Source of the DNA: Candidatus Marinacidobacterales bacterium
Lineage (GTDB): Bacteria > Acidobacteriota > Vicinamibacteria > Marinacidobacterales > SMYC01
Length of the DNA stretch: 64,000 nt
Direction of reading: 5' to 3'
Assembly: GCA_965224085.1 (NCBI GenBank)
Contig: CBDCYI010000005.1
Coordinates: 608,001-672,000, forward strand
Shown: positions 41,917 through 52,684 of the stretch, piece after piece
How positions within the stretch are numbered: position 1 is the first letter of the stretch
Layout of the letters: every line of letters begins with the position of its first letter
Notes under the pieces: generated by a model
Told to the model about the DNA's origin: nothing
Seen by the model: the letters and a program-made list of their open reading frames with translations, nothing else
The model's database searches: none
Made by a program: the position numbers and the translations under genes

Positions 41917-43239
41917 ATGTCACCGACGAACTTTACTCGTGGTAAACTTTCTCGCGAAGTTTTTCTTACCATGAATCAACCAAGCCAGAGAAGGTGTGGG
42001 ATTCTCGGAACGCTGCTGGCCGTTGTAAGCTCGTACTGCCAATCGCCCAGCCCGAGCTCAGAGCCTAGGCCGACGCCTGCGCCCGAGTTTCTTGTCGAGA
42101 CCGTCCTCGAGGATCTTACCCATCCCGTGAGTCTGAACTTCGCTCCCGACGGGCGTCTCTTGATTCTCGAGCGCGGCCAAAGCGTGGATGGGATGGAAAT
42201 TCCGGCCAAATTGAAAATTTTCAACTCGGCGAACGGGAAGATAGTCGAAGTTTCTGGCGCGCCGGAGGCTTTCCCTCAATTTGATGACGAAAGCATCAAC
42301 CTGGGCGGCGCCGTCGGAATGGAGCTCGATCCCGACTTCGCCCAAAACCACCGCCTCTATATCTGCTACCACAGGCGAGTTGCGCCTAAAGTGTTCGAGA
42401 ACCGCTTGTCCGCCTTTACTTTGGAACCGGGCGGGCTCACGCAGGAACGTGTCATCGTCGATCACGTCCCGGGCGACCCCGCACACAACGGCTGCCGTGT
42501 GGTCGTCGGGCCCGATGACAAACTCTACTACTCGACCGGTGAGGCTGCCTTGAGTAGCAACGCACTCGACCTGAGCTCGCTAGCCGGAAAAATCTTGCGG
42601 GTCAATCGAGACGGGTCGGTGCCTGAGGATAACCCTTATCCCGATTCTCTGGTGTGGAGCTCCGGCCATCGAAACCCGCAGGGTCTGGGATTCCATCCGG
42701 ATACTGGAGACTTGTGGTCGACGGAACACGGTGCTCTCACCAACGACGAGCTGAACCTGATCGAAAAGGGGATGCACTACGGGTGGCCAGCTTGTCGCGG
42801 CGAAGCGAAGCTGGGCGAGCGGTTCTGGGTTCGTCGACCCGACGGGCGAGTGAGGCGAGTGAGGTGCCGCCTAAAGCCAGCTCTTCGCGACAACTATCGA
42901 CCAGCGGTCAAGGCCTACAAGCCCAAGGAGACGCTCGCCATCTCCGACCTGACCTTTTACCGCGGTGACGCTTTTCCGCAATGGAACGGCAACCTCTTCT
43001 TCGTTACGTTGAAAACGGGCCAGCTCGTCCGCGTGGCGCTCGACGGACATTCGGTGAAGCAAGAGCAGAGGCTCATCACCGGTGAAGGGGAGGCCTTCTA
43101 TGGCCGCCTTCGAGACGTAACCGTCGGGCCCGATGGATTCATCTACGTCGTGAGCAATGCCGACGCGTGGAGGAGGGGTCACCAGACCGGCCTTCTCCTC
43201 CGTGTTCGCCCACCCAAGAGCATCGATGCGGGAACCTGA
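41917..43239 (+). CDS. PQQ-dependent sugar dehydrogenase (GSDH / YliI-like)
   Basis: L.HP.SL.FAPDGRLLILER, HNGCRV..GPD.KLY, GKILR, P.DNP, GHRNPQG, EHG, DELN, GRLRDV. Confidence 0.9.
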   Translation: MSPTNFTRGKLSREVFLTMNQPSQRRCGILGTLLAVVSSYCQSPSPSSEPRPTPAPEFLVETVLEDLTHPVSLNFAPDGRLLILERGQSVDGMEIPAKLKIFNSANGKIVEVSGAPEAFPQFDDESINLGGAVGMELDPDFAQNHRLYICYHRRVAPKVFENRLSAFTLEPGGLTQERVIVDHVPGDPAHNGCRVVVGPDDKLYYSTGEAALSSNALDLSSLAGKILRVNRDGSVPEDNPYPDSLVWSSGHRNPQGLGFHPDTGDLWSTEHGALTNDELNLIEKGMHYGWPACRGEAKLGERFWVRRPDGRVRRVRCRLKPALRDNYRPAVKAYKPKETLAISDLTFYRGDAFPQWNGNLFFVTLKTGQLVRVALDGHSVKQEQRLITGEGEAFYGRLRDVTVGPDGFIYVVSNADAWRRGHQTGLLLRVRPPKSIDAGT

Positions 43240-43409
43240 CTCTTGCGGCGGACAGGAGGCTCGCAGGCGGGCCGCTCCGCTCGCGAAGCCGCCAAACCAA
43301 ACCGGCCGGGTCAAGAGAACTCGAGCAGCGTAACTGGTCATTACAAGTAGAGCCTGAGCTCGTGGCGGCCGTCGACAAGCCACGCTTCGAACGCGTGGCG
43401 CCCTAGAAT

Positions 43410-45266
43410 ATGCGAAACGTTGCGCAGTGGATCGCGCTCCCGGTCGTCGCTTTCGTCGCCACGGCCGCGCTCTACCGGAGCGCGTCCGAGATCGTCGTCG
43501 ATTTCGAGCGCGGCTATGAGGACGCGTTCGTCGAGAATTTCCATCCCCGCGAGCGCGCGGACGATTTCTATTTCCGGTGGACCCAAACCGTCTCGAGCCT
43601 CGTCTTCAGGCATCTGCCTGCGAGCGGTGATATCGGTGTCGAGGCGACGCTCGCCGCAGCGCGCCCTCGAGAAGGAACGCACCCGCTCATTCGCTTCACC
43701 GTCAACGGCGTGACCGTCCACCAGTCGGAAAGCCGCGCCGGAAAACACGACTATCGCTTCGATTTCCCCGCTCCCGGCACCTCGGTAACGATCGGGATCG
43801 AATCCGACACCTTTAGCGCCGCGGACGGTCGAGCGCTCGGTGTTCAAGCTCGGCAGGTGAAGCTCACGCGTCCAGACGGCGGCTCTTGGCCGTTGCCTGC
43901 GCTCTTGATGGCACTCGCCTGCGCGCTGCTGTTCGGCGCCGCCAGGCTTGCCGGCGCGCCGATCGCGGGCGCCGTCGGCTTTTCCGGAACGTTCACCGCA
44001 GGCTTCCTGTTTCTGCTCATGCAGCAGGGCCTGCGCTTTTCGAGCTATCCAAGCGAGTTGGTGCTTCTCGCGGCTTTTGCTCTCGTCATCACGGCCGCAT
44101 TGCGGCTCGCCTTCGATCGCAGCGACTGGCTTCACGTTTCGGAAAGGCCCCTCGTCACGCTCGTCATCGTCGGGAGCTTTCTGCTCAAGATCGGGACGCT
44201 CACCTACCCGCTGATGCTCAGCTCTGACGCGCTCTTCCATGCGAATCGCCTCAGCGAGCTTCTGGCCGGCAACTGGTATCTCACATCCGTCACGCAGCAC
44301 GCCCCTCCGTTTCACATTCCATATCCCTTCGCGCTCTTTGCGATCTCGGCACCGCTCGCTTCGATGGGGCTCGATCGGGTGCTCTCGCTAGAGCTTGTTG
44401 CCGGCCTCACGGACGTCGCTGCTGGACTCGCCATCATCTTCTTGGCGCATCGCTTCCTCAACGACGTCCGCGCCGGCATTCTCGGCGCCGTCTTGTATCA
44501 GCTCGTGCCTCTGAACGGCCTCGCGTTCTCCGCCGGCAACTTGTCGAATCTGTTCGCCGCCGGTACCACGACCATCGCGTTCGCGCTTTTCGCCGCCGTC
44601 ATGTCGCGCCCTCGCACCGCCACATCCGTCGGTTTGTTGCTTCTCGTGAGCCTATCGCTCACGGCACATTTCGGGATGTTCATCGAAGGCATGGTGCTCT
44701 GGCCGGCGTTCCTCTTGCTCGTCGGCTTGGCCGTACCGCCGCGTCCGGGCGCCCTCAGCCGGAGACCGGTCGTCTTGGCGACGACGGCGGCGCTCGTTCT
44801 CGTCCTTTTGTACTACGCAGGCTACTGGAACCTCTTCATCGGACAGTGGGAGCGCGCCCTGGAGCGCGACTACGCTTCGGGCGCCGCCGCCGTGTCTGGA
44901 CCCCTCGAGAAGCTACGCTTCAATCTCAGCAATCTTTTCGAGCAGCTCGGTCCGGTATTCGGGGCACTCGCGCTGCTCGGAAGCGTCGGTGTTGTGAGCG
45001 CGTTCTCGCGCACGCCGTTTCACGCCGGCGCGGCGGCTTGGCTCGTGACAACGTTCCTATTCTTCTTCGTCGATTTGCTCTCGGCGCTCGAAGTCCGCTA
45101 CGCGCTTCAAGTGCTCTCGCTCCTCGCGCTTCTGGCCGGGGTCTATCTCTCTTCGGCGTGGGAGCGCGGCGGGGTCGGGCGGCTCGCTGCTTGGGCGGCG
45201 ACCGCCTACCTCGCACTCGCGGGGCTCTGGAACCTCTATGAATGCCTCTTGTTTCGCTACCATTGA
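43410..45266 (+). CDS. Membrane protein: N-terminal beta domain plus GT-C-like TM region
   Basis: FHPRE...FRWT...VNG...DGRALGV domain; SDALFH, PYP, many TM helices. Confidence 0.65.
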   Translation: MRNVAQWIALPVVAFVATAALYRSASEIVVDFERGYEDAFVENFHPRERADDFYFRWTQTVSSLVFRHLPASGDIGVEATLAAARPREGTHPLIRFTVNGVTVHQSESRAGKHDYRFDFPAPGTSVTIGIESDTFSAADGRALGVQARQVKLTRPDGGSWPLPALLMALACALLFGAARLAGAPIAGAVGFSGTFTAGFLFLLMQQGLRFSSYPSELVLLAAFALVITAALRLAFDRSDWLHVSERPLVTLVIVGSFLLKIGTLTYPLMLSSDALFHANRLSELLAGNWYLTSVTQHAPPFHIPYPFALFAISAPLASMGLDRVLSLELVAGLTDVAAGLAIIFLAHRFLNDVRAGILGAVLYQLVPLNGLAFSAGNLSNLFAAGTTTIAFALFAAVMSRPRTATSVGLLLLVSLSLTAHFGMFIEGMVLWPAFLLLVGLAVPPRPGALSRRPVVLATTAALVLVLLYYAGYWNLFIGQWERALERDYASGAAAVSGPLEKLRFNLSNLFEQLGPVFGALALLGSVGVVSAFSRTPFHAGAAAWLVTTFLFFFVDLLSALEVRYALQVLSLLALLAGVYLSSAWERGGVGRLAAWAATAYLALAGLWNLYECLLFRYH

Positions 45267-45352
45267 TTCGGTGGAGATCTGGAACTGTGTAGAAGCGAAC
45301 CCGACAAAGAAGAATCGCAACAACCCCGCTCCTGAGTTAAAGTCGCCATCAC

Positions 45353-46171
45353 ATGCGATTTCCTCGTTTTCCCGTGTTCTTCGCGCTCGTTCTCTCCGGC
45401 CCGCTGTACTTGTTGGCCTATCAAGCGAACCCGTCGCGACATTTCGGCATTGGTTATTGGGACAGCTTTTTTCTAGCCGATGAAGAGAGTTTCTATCCGC
45501 CGCTCCGGACGAGCGGGCCGTTCCGCCATCCCGATCAATCCGTCGAGATCAGAGAGTTCGTCGGTCGGCTCACGCGAAGAGACGCGGGCTTCCGAATCCC
45601 GTATCACGCACTCAGAACCCCACTTCGTCTGTCGATGCGGTGCCATCGGTTCGGGCTTTCGGGCAGCGTTGCGCTCACGGTCAACGGAGAACGCATCGAT
45701 GAGTTCGTCTTCACCGAACGCTCCTATCCTTGGGGCGGCATCCGGGCGATCGTACCTCAAAGCGTCGCCGAAAAAGGTCCGCTGAGAATCGACCTTTCGA
45801 CGAAAGGCGGGACGCCGCCACCCGCTCACCTGCCACCGGATCTTGGTCTCGGAGTGGACTGGCTCGAGGTCGAGCCGATGTCCGAGGGCGTCTTGTTGCT
45901 TCCCACGGGGGCCGAGTGGATGCGACTGTTCCTCTTCCTTTTGCTCGCCTTCGTGTTTCTGCGCTTCCTCGGAACGAAACCGGCTGCGGCTGCGGCGGTG
46001 ATGTTCGTGCTCGTCGCGGCGGTCGCCGCGGCAGTAGCGATTTATCCAGTCATCACGTCGAGAATGCTTGCCTCCGCGTGGTTCGGCTTTCTCGGGCTGA
46101 TGCTTCTGATTGGGCTAGCCGAGCTTTCCGACCGGCGCTCCCCCGTCGCGGAGGTCGCTCGGGGTCGTTGA
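45353..46171 (+). CDS. Membrane-anchored hypothetical protein with beta domain
   Basis: TM, FYPP...LTVNGERI...W...VP...LGLGVDWLEV, then 3 TM segments. Confidence 0.6.
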   Translation: MRFPRFPVFFALVLSGPLYLLAYQANPSRHFGIGYWDSFFLADEESFYPPLRTSGPFRHPDQSVEIREFVGRLTRRDAGFRIPYHALRTPLRLSMRCHRFGLSGSVALTVNGERIDEFVFTERSYPWGGIRAIVPQSVAEKGPLRIDLSTKGGTPPPAHLPPDLGLGVDWLEVEPMSEGVLLLPTGAEWMRLFLFLLLAFVFLRFLGTKPAAAAAVMFVLVAAVAAAVAIYPVITSRMLASAWFGFLGLMLLIGLAELSDRRSPVAEVARGR

Positions 46172-46365
46172 GAGGCGTGGCCCTTGAATCGGCTTCAGGA
46201 AAGAGCTAGCGCGGGGAGTGTCACAGAGGTCGTGCCCACCGACCCACTCACAGCGGCGTCGCAGCTCGCACCTCGCTTGGAGCGGGAGACGCAAGTGTTC
46301 AAAGCCGATGCTCGAAAGCTGGAGAGATTGAAGCCACGCGTCGAGCCCACGGCGCCGAAGAAGGG

Positions 46366-47821
46366 TTATGACTCCGGGATCAGGGTCAGTGACTGCACGG
46401 CAACGACCGTGTTCCGCCCGCGGCGCTCGGGATCGATCTGGTACGGGGTCTTGGAATAGGTCAGAACGAACGCGTTGAACCCCACCCTCAGAAGGCTTCG
46501 CGGGACGGAGAACGCGTAATCACGCCAGCCCGACAGGAGCTCTTGCGCACCCACGGCGGTTCCGTTGACGGCCAGCTCCATCACCACCGGTCGGTCCTCG
46601 AGCTCGAGCCTGGCGTGGAAGACCGCATTCATGTCGTCCACCTGCATCACCGGAACCGCCAGATGGGAGCGTTTGCCACGTGAGCGTCGAAAAGCCATGG
46701 CACCCTCTTGCTCGGCGTCGTGCCAACCCGCCTCGACCAGGACATAGGGAGAGGAAGTCGACGTTTTCGCGATGAAGGGAGCAGTTAGAAGTCGGGGCGT
46801 TTTCTCCTCCCAACTCGAAGGCAGGACTCGTGCGCGAATCGGATCGTGTCCCACCGGCAGATAGTGCGTCTCGATGAACGCCCTCAGCTCCAGCGGAACC
46901 GCCTGGAGATGTCGATCATAGAGGACGAGCTTGGGCGAGATCGTGCCGTTCTGCAGCCCGGTTGCGAGTCGCTCCCAATCCCCTTCCTCGAGCATGGGAC
47001 GGATCTCGTTATGAAGAAAGAAATAGAAGAACGCATGACGGCGAAACACCCCCAAGCCACTGAACCCATCCAGGATCGTCTCGTCGGGGCTCACGTTTTG
47101 GATAACCCAGGCGATATTCTGAAGGGTCGTCCAATTCCTCCGCTCCCAAAACACCAGCGATTGGAAGAAAGGATAGACGGAGATAGCTAAGAGTATCGCG
47201 GCCATGGTCCCCGGCCGTGACCGCCTGGCCTCGAGGACGGGTCCGTTCACTGTCGAAGCACGCCGCCGAGTGGCTCGCTGAACGACGTCGTCGAGCGCTC
47301 CCCCGGCAAAAACGGCGATGAGGGGCAGGAACGTGAGAGCGTACTGCCGGTGCGGAACCGGAATGATGAAAGCTCCCACGACGAGAGACAGGGCGGTTAG
47401 GACCGGAAAGCTATCACCGCGAAACCGAGCCGAGGGTCGACTCATGGCCATCGTTGCCTTCAGCAACCCAACGGCGCCCAACACGAATACGAACGGATTC
47501 TGGAGAAGGAGCTCCTGGAACAGAGGCCAAGCGTCGAGTCTCGTTTTCCACCCGAGGTTCATGAGGGAAGTTGAGCTCGATGAATGGCGCCAGGGCTCCA
47601 CTGTATGTGAAGAAGCCGAGAGTGACGAGAATCGGAAGAGCGAAGCCAAGAGCTAGCCACGCCGCGCCTCGCGAACGCTGCCCGCGCTGGCCGGCCTCTC
47701 GCCCATCGTACAGATAGAGAGCGAGAGCGGCCGCGAAGCCAGGGATGGCGAAAAGCACCTTCTGCGTGAACATCACGGCGCTCCCGAGGAGGACTCCGCT
47801 CAGAAGGAAAGGCCAATGCCC
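46366..47821 (-). pseudogene. ArnT-like GT-C paralogue of 34950 gene, 5' removed at IS5 end, frameshifted
   Basis: LSGVLLGSAVMFTQK...IELN / shift / PVPHRQY, DGFSGLGVFRRHAFFY, FRRSRGKRS, GRNTVVAV shared with the 34950 gene. Confidence 0.8.
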
Positions 47822-48185
47822 TGCCTTGGTGCACAACTCGCGATCTCGGTCCACAATTGTCCTGTACTCGCGGATACGAGGTTCCCCATGAGCATTTTCA
47901 AACGCACTCAGCGGAAGTATGTGAAGAAGGCCTATCGCGTGAGGAATTGGCGTGAATATGAGGCGGGTCTACGCAACCGCGGGAGCCTGACCGTCTGGAT
48001 CTCGCTCACCGCCGGCAAGCTTGTGAACTGGGACGCGCCCCGGCCAAGGAGGAGGAAACCGGGCCGTCAACGCAAGTACTCGAACCACGCCATCGAGACG
48101 GCTGTCACCCTGGGCATGGTGTTTCATCTGTCGTCTAGGCAGAGCGAGGGATTGCTGCGATCGTTGTTCGCTCTGATGAAGCTAG

Positions 48186-50187
48186 CCCATGTTTACCCTT
48201 TATGGGCACCCTAACGCTCGTAAGTGACTGAATTCAAAGGAACGGGGGTTGAATTTGCCCAAAACGTAGAGACAGATATTGTGCTTTGAGCGCCATTAAT
48301 ACGTTGTAATCGTGGACAATGATATGTAGTATGCGTGAGGACAGGTTATGTTCTTCCGCATCGTTCGGGCCGCAGGCGGCAAAGGGGTTCAACATGAGTA
48401 TGTCCGCCTGGTCGAGTCGTATCGGGAGCACGGCAAGCCGAAGCAACGCGTAGTGTGCAACTTGGGGCGCAAGGATCTCCTAGTTGCCAATCTCGACTCC
48501 CTCAATCGGTTGCTTGGGGCCGGTGAACCGGCCGACACCGAGCGAGCAGCCGAGCAGATCGCGGGGGCAGACGCGTGGGATTGGGGTCCGATGGTGGTGA
48601 CGGCGACGCTGTGGCGCGAGCTCGGACTGGAGCAGATTCTCGACCGGCTCGGAGGCCGCGGCAAGCGCGACGGAGTGGCGCTAAGCGAGCGAGCTTTGGT
48701 GCTGGTCGCCAACCGGCTATGTGCTCCGTCAAGCGAGCACGGTCTGGCGCGCTGGCTCGAGACCGACTTCGTCTGCGACCGGCAGGGGCGGCGGTGGGTG
48801 CCGCAGTGGCGCGATGATGGGGAGCGGCGAGCGAGTCGCTCCCCGCGGGTTCGCGTGGAGTTTTGCCAACTCAAGCAATGGTACCGAACGCTCGACCAGC
48901 TGCATGCCCGCAAAGAACAGATCGAGAAAGAGCTGTTTTTGCGCTTGCGGGATCTGTTTTCGCTTGAGGTTGACATGGTGTTTTACGACCTGACGTCGAC
49001 GTACTTCGAAGGTCAAGGCCCTCCGGGGCTCGGCGCCCACGGCTACAGTCGCGACCGCAGACCGCGTAACCGGCAAGTGCTTGTCGGTCTGGTGATGGTG
49101 GACGGTTGGCCGATCGCCCACCATGTTTTCGCCGGCAACTGGCGTGACGCGAAAACGGTGCCGCAGGTGCTCAACGATCTCAACGAACGATTCGGTTTGC
49201 ACCGCGTGGTTTTTGTCGGCGACCGAGGGATGGTAACGAGCGACAGCCTGGCGGTGGTGCGCTCGCGCAAGCAGGGCTATCTCGTCGGGCTGCAAAGACG
49301 ACGGCGCGAGGAGGTCTATCGTTACATCGAGCGCGCCAGCGGAGAGTGGATCGACTGCCCTGGTGGCATCACGGTGAGCGAAAAAGCCGAGCCACCTAAG
49401 ACTCGTGTGCAAGAAGTCCGCTCCGAGCAGTCTGGCGTGCGCATCTTCGTCGTTCACAGCGACGAAAGGCTCGCCTACGAGCGCGGGCAGAGGCTGCGGG
49501 CCATGGGACGTGCCCGTGCGGCATTCGAGGCCCTCGAGCGCCGCGTGCGCGAGGGACGATTGAAAGCCCCCGAGAAAATCGGTGCCGCCGCCGCGCGCAT
49601 ACAGGCACGCCACCACGGTCACCGTTACTACGACTGGGAGTACAAAAACGCTCGCTTCCGCTTCTTCGAGCACCCGGACAACCTCAAGCGCGAGCAAGCC
49701 TACGAGGGTAAGTACGTTATTCAAACCGAGGAGCAAAACCTCTCTCCGGTCGACGCCGTGCGCCTTTACAAGGACCTAAACGAGGTCGAGCGAGCCTTCT
49801 CATGCCTTAAGGATGTCATTGAGATGCATCCCGTTTACCACCAGACCGATGAGCGTGTGGAGGCACATCTTTTCGTAGCTACGCTGGCCTTCCTTGTGCA
49901 TCGGGCTCTTGAGAAAAAGCTCAAGGTCGCCGAACTCGACCTGTCCGCAACCGAGGCACTACAAGCGCTACGCTCGGTCCGGCTCGTCGACTTACAGCTG
50001 GGTTCTGGGCGGACCAAGCGCGTCGTCACGCGCGGCACCGCTCGCGCCAACTCGATCCTGACTGCACTCGGAATCGTTGAACGCGACCCGCCAGCCTTCT
50101 CCGAGGAGGTGCTGTCAGCGTAGAGACAAACCGCGGATCTCAGTCCTTTGTTTATGATGACTTAGAGACCTAAAAGGGAAACATGGG
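48186..50187 (+). mobile_element. IS1634-family element, copy 2
   Basis: Same IRs as copy 1, opposite orientation; flanks CTAG / CTCG. Confidence 0.92.
48348..50123 (+). CDS. IS1634-family DDE transposase
   Basis: 591 aa; differs from copy 1 at three residues in the ORF track (EFRQ/EFCQ, HPVN/HPDN, MRPV/MHPV). Confidence 0.92.
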   Translation: MFFRIVRAAGGKGVQHEYVRLVESYREHGKPKQRVVCNLGRKDLLVANLDSLNRLLGAGEPADTERAAEQIAGADAWDWGPMVVTATLWRELGLEQILDRLGGRGKRDGVALSERALVLVANRLCAPSSEHGLARWLETDFVCDRQGRRWVPQWRDDGERRASRSPRVRVEFCQLKQWYRTLDQLHARKEQIEKELFLRLRDLFSLEVDMVFYDLTSTYFEGQGPPGLGAHGYSRDRRPRNRQVLVGLVMVDGWPIAHHVFAGNWRDAKTVPQVLNDLNERFGLHRVVFVGDRGMVTSDSLAVVRSRKQGYLVGLQRRRREEVYRYIERASGEWIDCPGGITVSEKAEPPKTRVQEVRSEQSGVRIFVVHSDERLAYERGQRLRAMGRARAAFEALERRVREGRLKAPEKIGAAAARIQARHHGHRYYDWEYKNARFRFFEHPDNLKREQAYEGKYVIQTEEQNLSPVDAVRLYKDLNEVERAFSCLKDVIEMHPVYHQTDERVEAHLFVATLAFLVHRALEKKLKVAELDLSATEALQALRSVRLVDLQLGSGRTKRVVTRGTARANSILTALGIVERDPPAFSEEVLSA

Positions 50188-50914
50188 CTCGACAATGATG
50201 TGCCCGATCACACCACGATCTCGAGGCGCAAGGCGAAGCTGGGTAAGGTCCCCTTCTACCAAGACAAGCAGAAGACGCCGTTGCACATCTTGATCGACAG
50301 CAGCGGTCTCGCTGTCCACGCCGGCCAGCTGCGCAGAGCACCAAATAGCAGGGACTATCGCAAGCTCCATCTGTGTGTCGACGAGCAGACGGGCGAAGTC
50401 GTCGCCGGCGAGCTGACGAGCAAAAGAGCCCGCGATTCATCGCGGGTTGCATCGCTTGTCGGACAGAGCGACAGTCCCATCTCATCGGCCAGAGCTGACA
50501 CCGCATACGACGCCAGCGGCGTCTATGAGGCAATCGAGAATCACAGCGCTCATCGCTCGCCGAGGGTGCTGATACCGCCGCGCAAGGGCGCCCAGCTCGC
50601 ATCGGGGCCGGCGAGCAGCCGACAGCGCAATCGCAACATTGCAGCACAAGCTCGGCTCGGCAAACGAAAGTGGCACACAGAATCGGGCTACAGCAAACGG
50701 AGCAAAGTCGAGACAACGTTCCATCGCTACAAGGCTATCGTGGGCTCAGCGATGCGAGCGAGAGGGTTGGCGGCACAGAGAGTCGAGGCAAGGATCGGGT
50801 GCAAGATTCTCAACACCATGACGGCGCTCGGGATGCCTGATAGCGAGATGATCGGATGATGGGAGTCGGGGCCAAGCGAGCTCTCGGCCTCTATCGGAGT
50901 TGTGCACCAAGGCA

Positions 50915-51612
50915 ACGGGGTGGCGGTTTTCGTGAGCGGCCGCGTGCCGGCCTATCCGTTGCTGGCGGATACGTCGCTGTATACGCCGGGCGGCAACATT
51001 CTTGACGTGGTCCTGGGAGGGACGATACCGAATCAGTCTCCGGTGGCCGAGCACGGGGGTCCCTACAGCGTGGAGGTGAACTCGTCTCTGACGTTCGATG
51101 GCAGCGCCTCTCACGATCCGGACGGCCTGGTGACGAGCTATGCCTGGGATTTTGGAGACGGAGGCTCGGGCACGGGGGTAAGCCCGAGCCATACCTATAC
51201 GTCCACAGGGAACTACACGGTAACGCTGACGGTGCAAGACCAGGATGGCGCGACGGGCAACGCGACGACGGACGTGACGGTGACGGCACCGCTGCCTAGC
51301 ACGAACGTGGTCTGGACGAACCTGGTTCGAGCCTCGGCAAGCGGCAACGACTTGACGAAGACGGGGACGAGCTTCACCTACGACGCGGGCGCCTCCTCGA
51401 CGAAGTCTCTCCCTTCGGGCAACGGTTACGTGGAGTTCACGATGCCGGATACGACGGCCTATAGGCTGATTGGTCTGAGCAATGGCGATACGAACCAGAG
51501 TCTGGCGGACGTGGACTTCGGAATCTTCACGCGGGCAAACGGCACCTTCTCGGTCATGGAGAACGGAGCGGTCCTCAACACCCAGAGCTACGCTGGGGGG
51601 GATCGCTTTCGG
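50915..51612 (+). pseudogene. PKD-domain surface protein fragment
   Basis: PVAEHGGPY...FDGSASHDPDG....YAWDFGDG...PSHTY...G.YTVTLTV; starts at the IS5 end, frame degenerates near 51612. Confidence 0.8.
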
Positions 51613-51725
51613 AGATGCATGAGAGCGAATCAGTCGATGTCGACGGTCCCGACGATCTGGCGCTCGCAGAGTTTTGGCTGCGCTACAGAGCCACGAAAGA
51701 CGAGGAGGACGCTCGTCGCGCGAAA
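51613..51725 (+). pseudogene. Possible cytidylyltransferase (NeuA-like) C-terminal remnant
   Basis: MHESESVDVDGPDDLALAEFWL resembles the S-x-D-x-D-xxx-D-xxx-AE motif; sits at the head of a glycan operon. Confidence 0.35.
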
Positions 51726-51742
51726 GGTAGTGGTGACGCCCC

Positions 51743-52684
51743 TTGAGCTCGTCGGCACCAAAGCAGGCAGCGTCCTCGTCCGGTTCAGGTCAGGTCGCGC
51801 CGTCGCCGCTCCAACCGGCGCGGGCTCCGCGGATCCCATTTGCCGAAAACGTCTATGGCAAGGTCAAGCGAGTGCGAGTCTTCTGGAGCTGGATCGAGCG
51901 ATTTCGAGCGGCGCGAGGAGGCGGCCGTCTCGAAATCCTCGACTTCGGCTGTGGGACGGGAGTCGATCTAACGTCGCCCATCGCTCACGCCGGCGATGAG
52001 ATCCTCGGCGTTGATATTCATGTGCCCTCGATCGAGCGGGCGCGTAAGATGCACCCTCTTTCCAATCTGAGGTTCAGCCACGAGTCTGCGGCCGAGCTCG
52101 AGGAGCGAGGCGCGCGCTTCGATGTCATCATGTGCTCCGAGGTGCTCGAACATACTTTCCAGCCTGCGCAGCTCCTGCAGCAGTTCCATGGCCTGCTTCG
52201 TGGCGAGGGGCTGCTTATCGTCTCCGTGCCCAACGGCTGGGGAGCCTTCGAAAACCTGCAGCGCATGGACAAGCTTCTGCATCGGTTGGGGATCGGGTAT
52301 ATCATCGACTATGGAGGATGGCTCGTGCGAGCCTCTTATTCCGTGGAGAGAAGCAGGACGTTACCCGCGAGACCGGGCGCCCGCGTGGTCGAAAACGAGG
52401 CAGCCGGATATTTGAACTTCGACTCGAAGCACGTTCAGTTCTTCAGGCTCCAGCGTCTCGAAGGGCTCTTTCGCGAGGCGGGGTTCGCGATCGAGGATCG
52501 CCGCGGGCGCATTCTGCTGTGCGGGCCCTACGCGGACTTCTGGGCGCGCGTTTTGGCTTCCGCCCGCGTCTTGTTCCGTCTCAACAACTGGCTCGCCGAT
52601 TGGCTTCCCTTTGGCTGGGCTGCGGACTGGATGTTTGCGCTGCGACGGGTACCGAAAGACAGGCATGGAGCCGCGTCCCGATAA
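51743..52684 (+). CDS. Class I SAM-dependent methyltransferase
   Basis: ILDFGCGTG, GVDI, FDVIMCSEVLEH, LIVSVPN. Confidence 0.88.
   Translation: MSSSAPKQAASSSGSGQVAPSPLQPARAPRIPFAENVYGKVKRVRVFWSWIERFRAARGGGRLEILDFGCGTGVDLTSPIAHAGDEILGVDIHVPSIERARKMHPLSNLRFSHESAAELEERGARFDVIMCSEVLEHTFQPAQLLQQFHGLLRGEGLLIVSVPNGWGAFENLQRMDKLLHRLGIGYIIDYGGWLVRASYSVERSRTLPARPGARVVENEAAGYLNFDSKHVQFFRLQRLEGLFREAGFAIEDRRGRILLCGPYADFWARVLASARVLFRLNNWLADWLPFGWAADWMFALRRVPKDRHGAASR

Larger units (their letters stand above)
47888..50859 (+). pseudogene. IS903-like transposase split by IS1634
   Basis: YRVRNWREYEAGLRNRGSLTVW...LMKL [IS] DNDVPDHTTISRR, IDSSG, RKLHL, ADTAYD, GYSKRSKVET, N.MTALGMP. Confidence 0.9.
47822..50914 (+). 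mobile_element. IS5-family (IS903-like) element interrupted by IS1634
   Basis: 18-bp perfect IRs TGCCTTGGTGCACAACTC / GAGTTGTGCACCAAGGCA; no flanking duplication. Confidence 0.88.

Noticed and set aside
46184-46365. Short protein-like ORF between convergent genes
   Set aside because: No RBS or motif; may be a fragment but cannot be supported.
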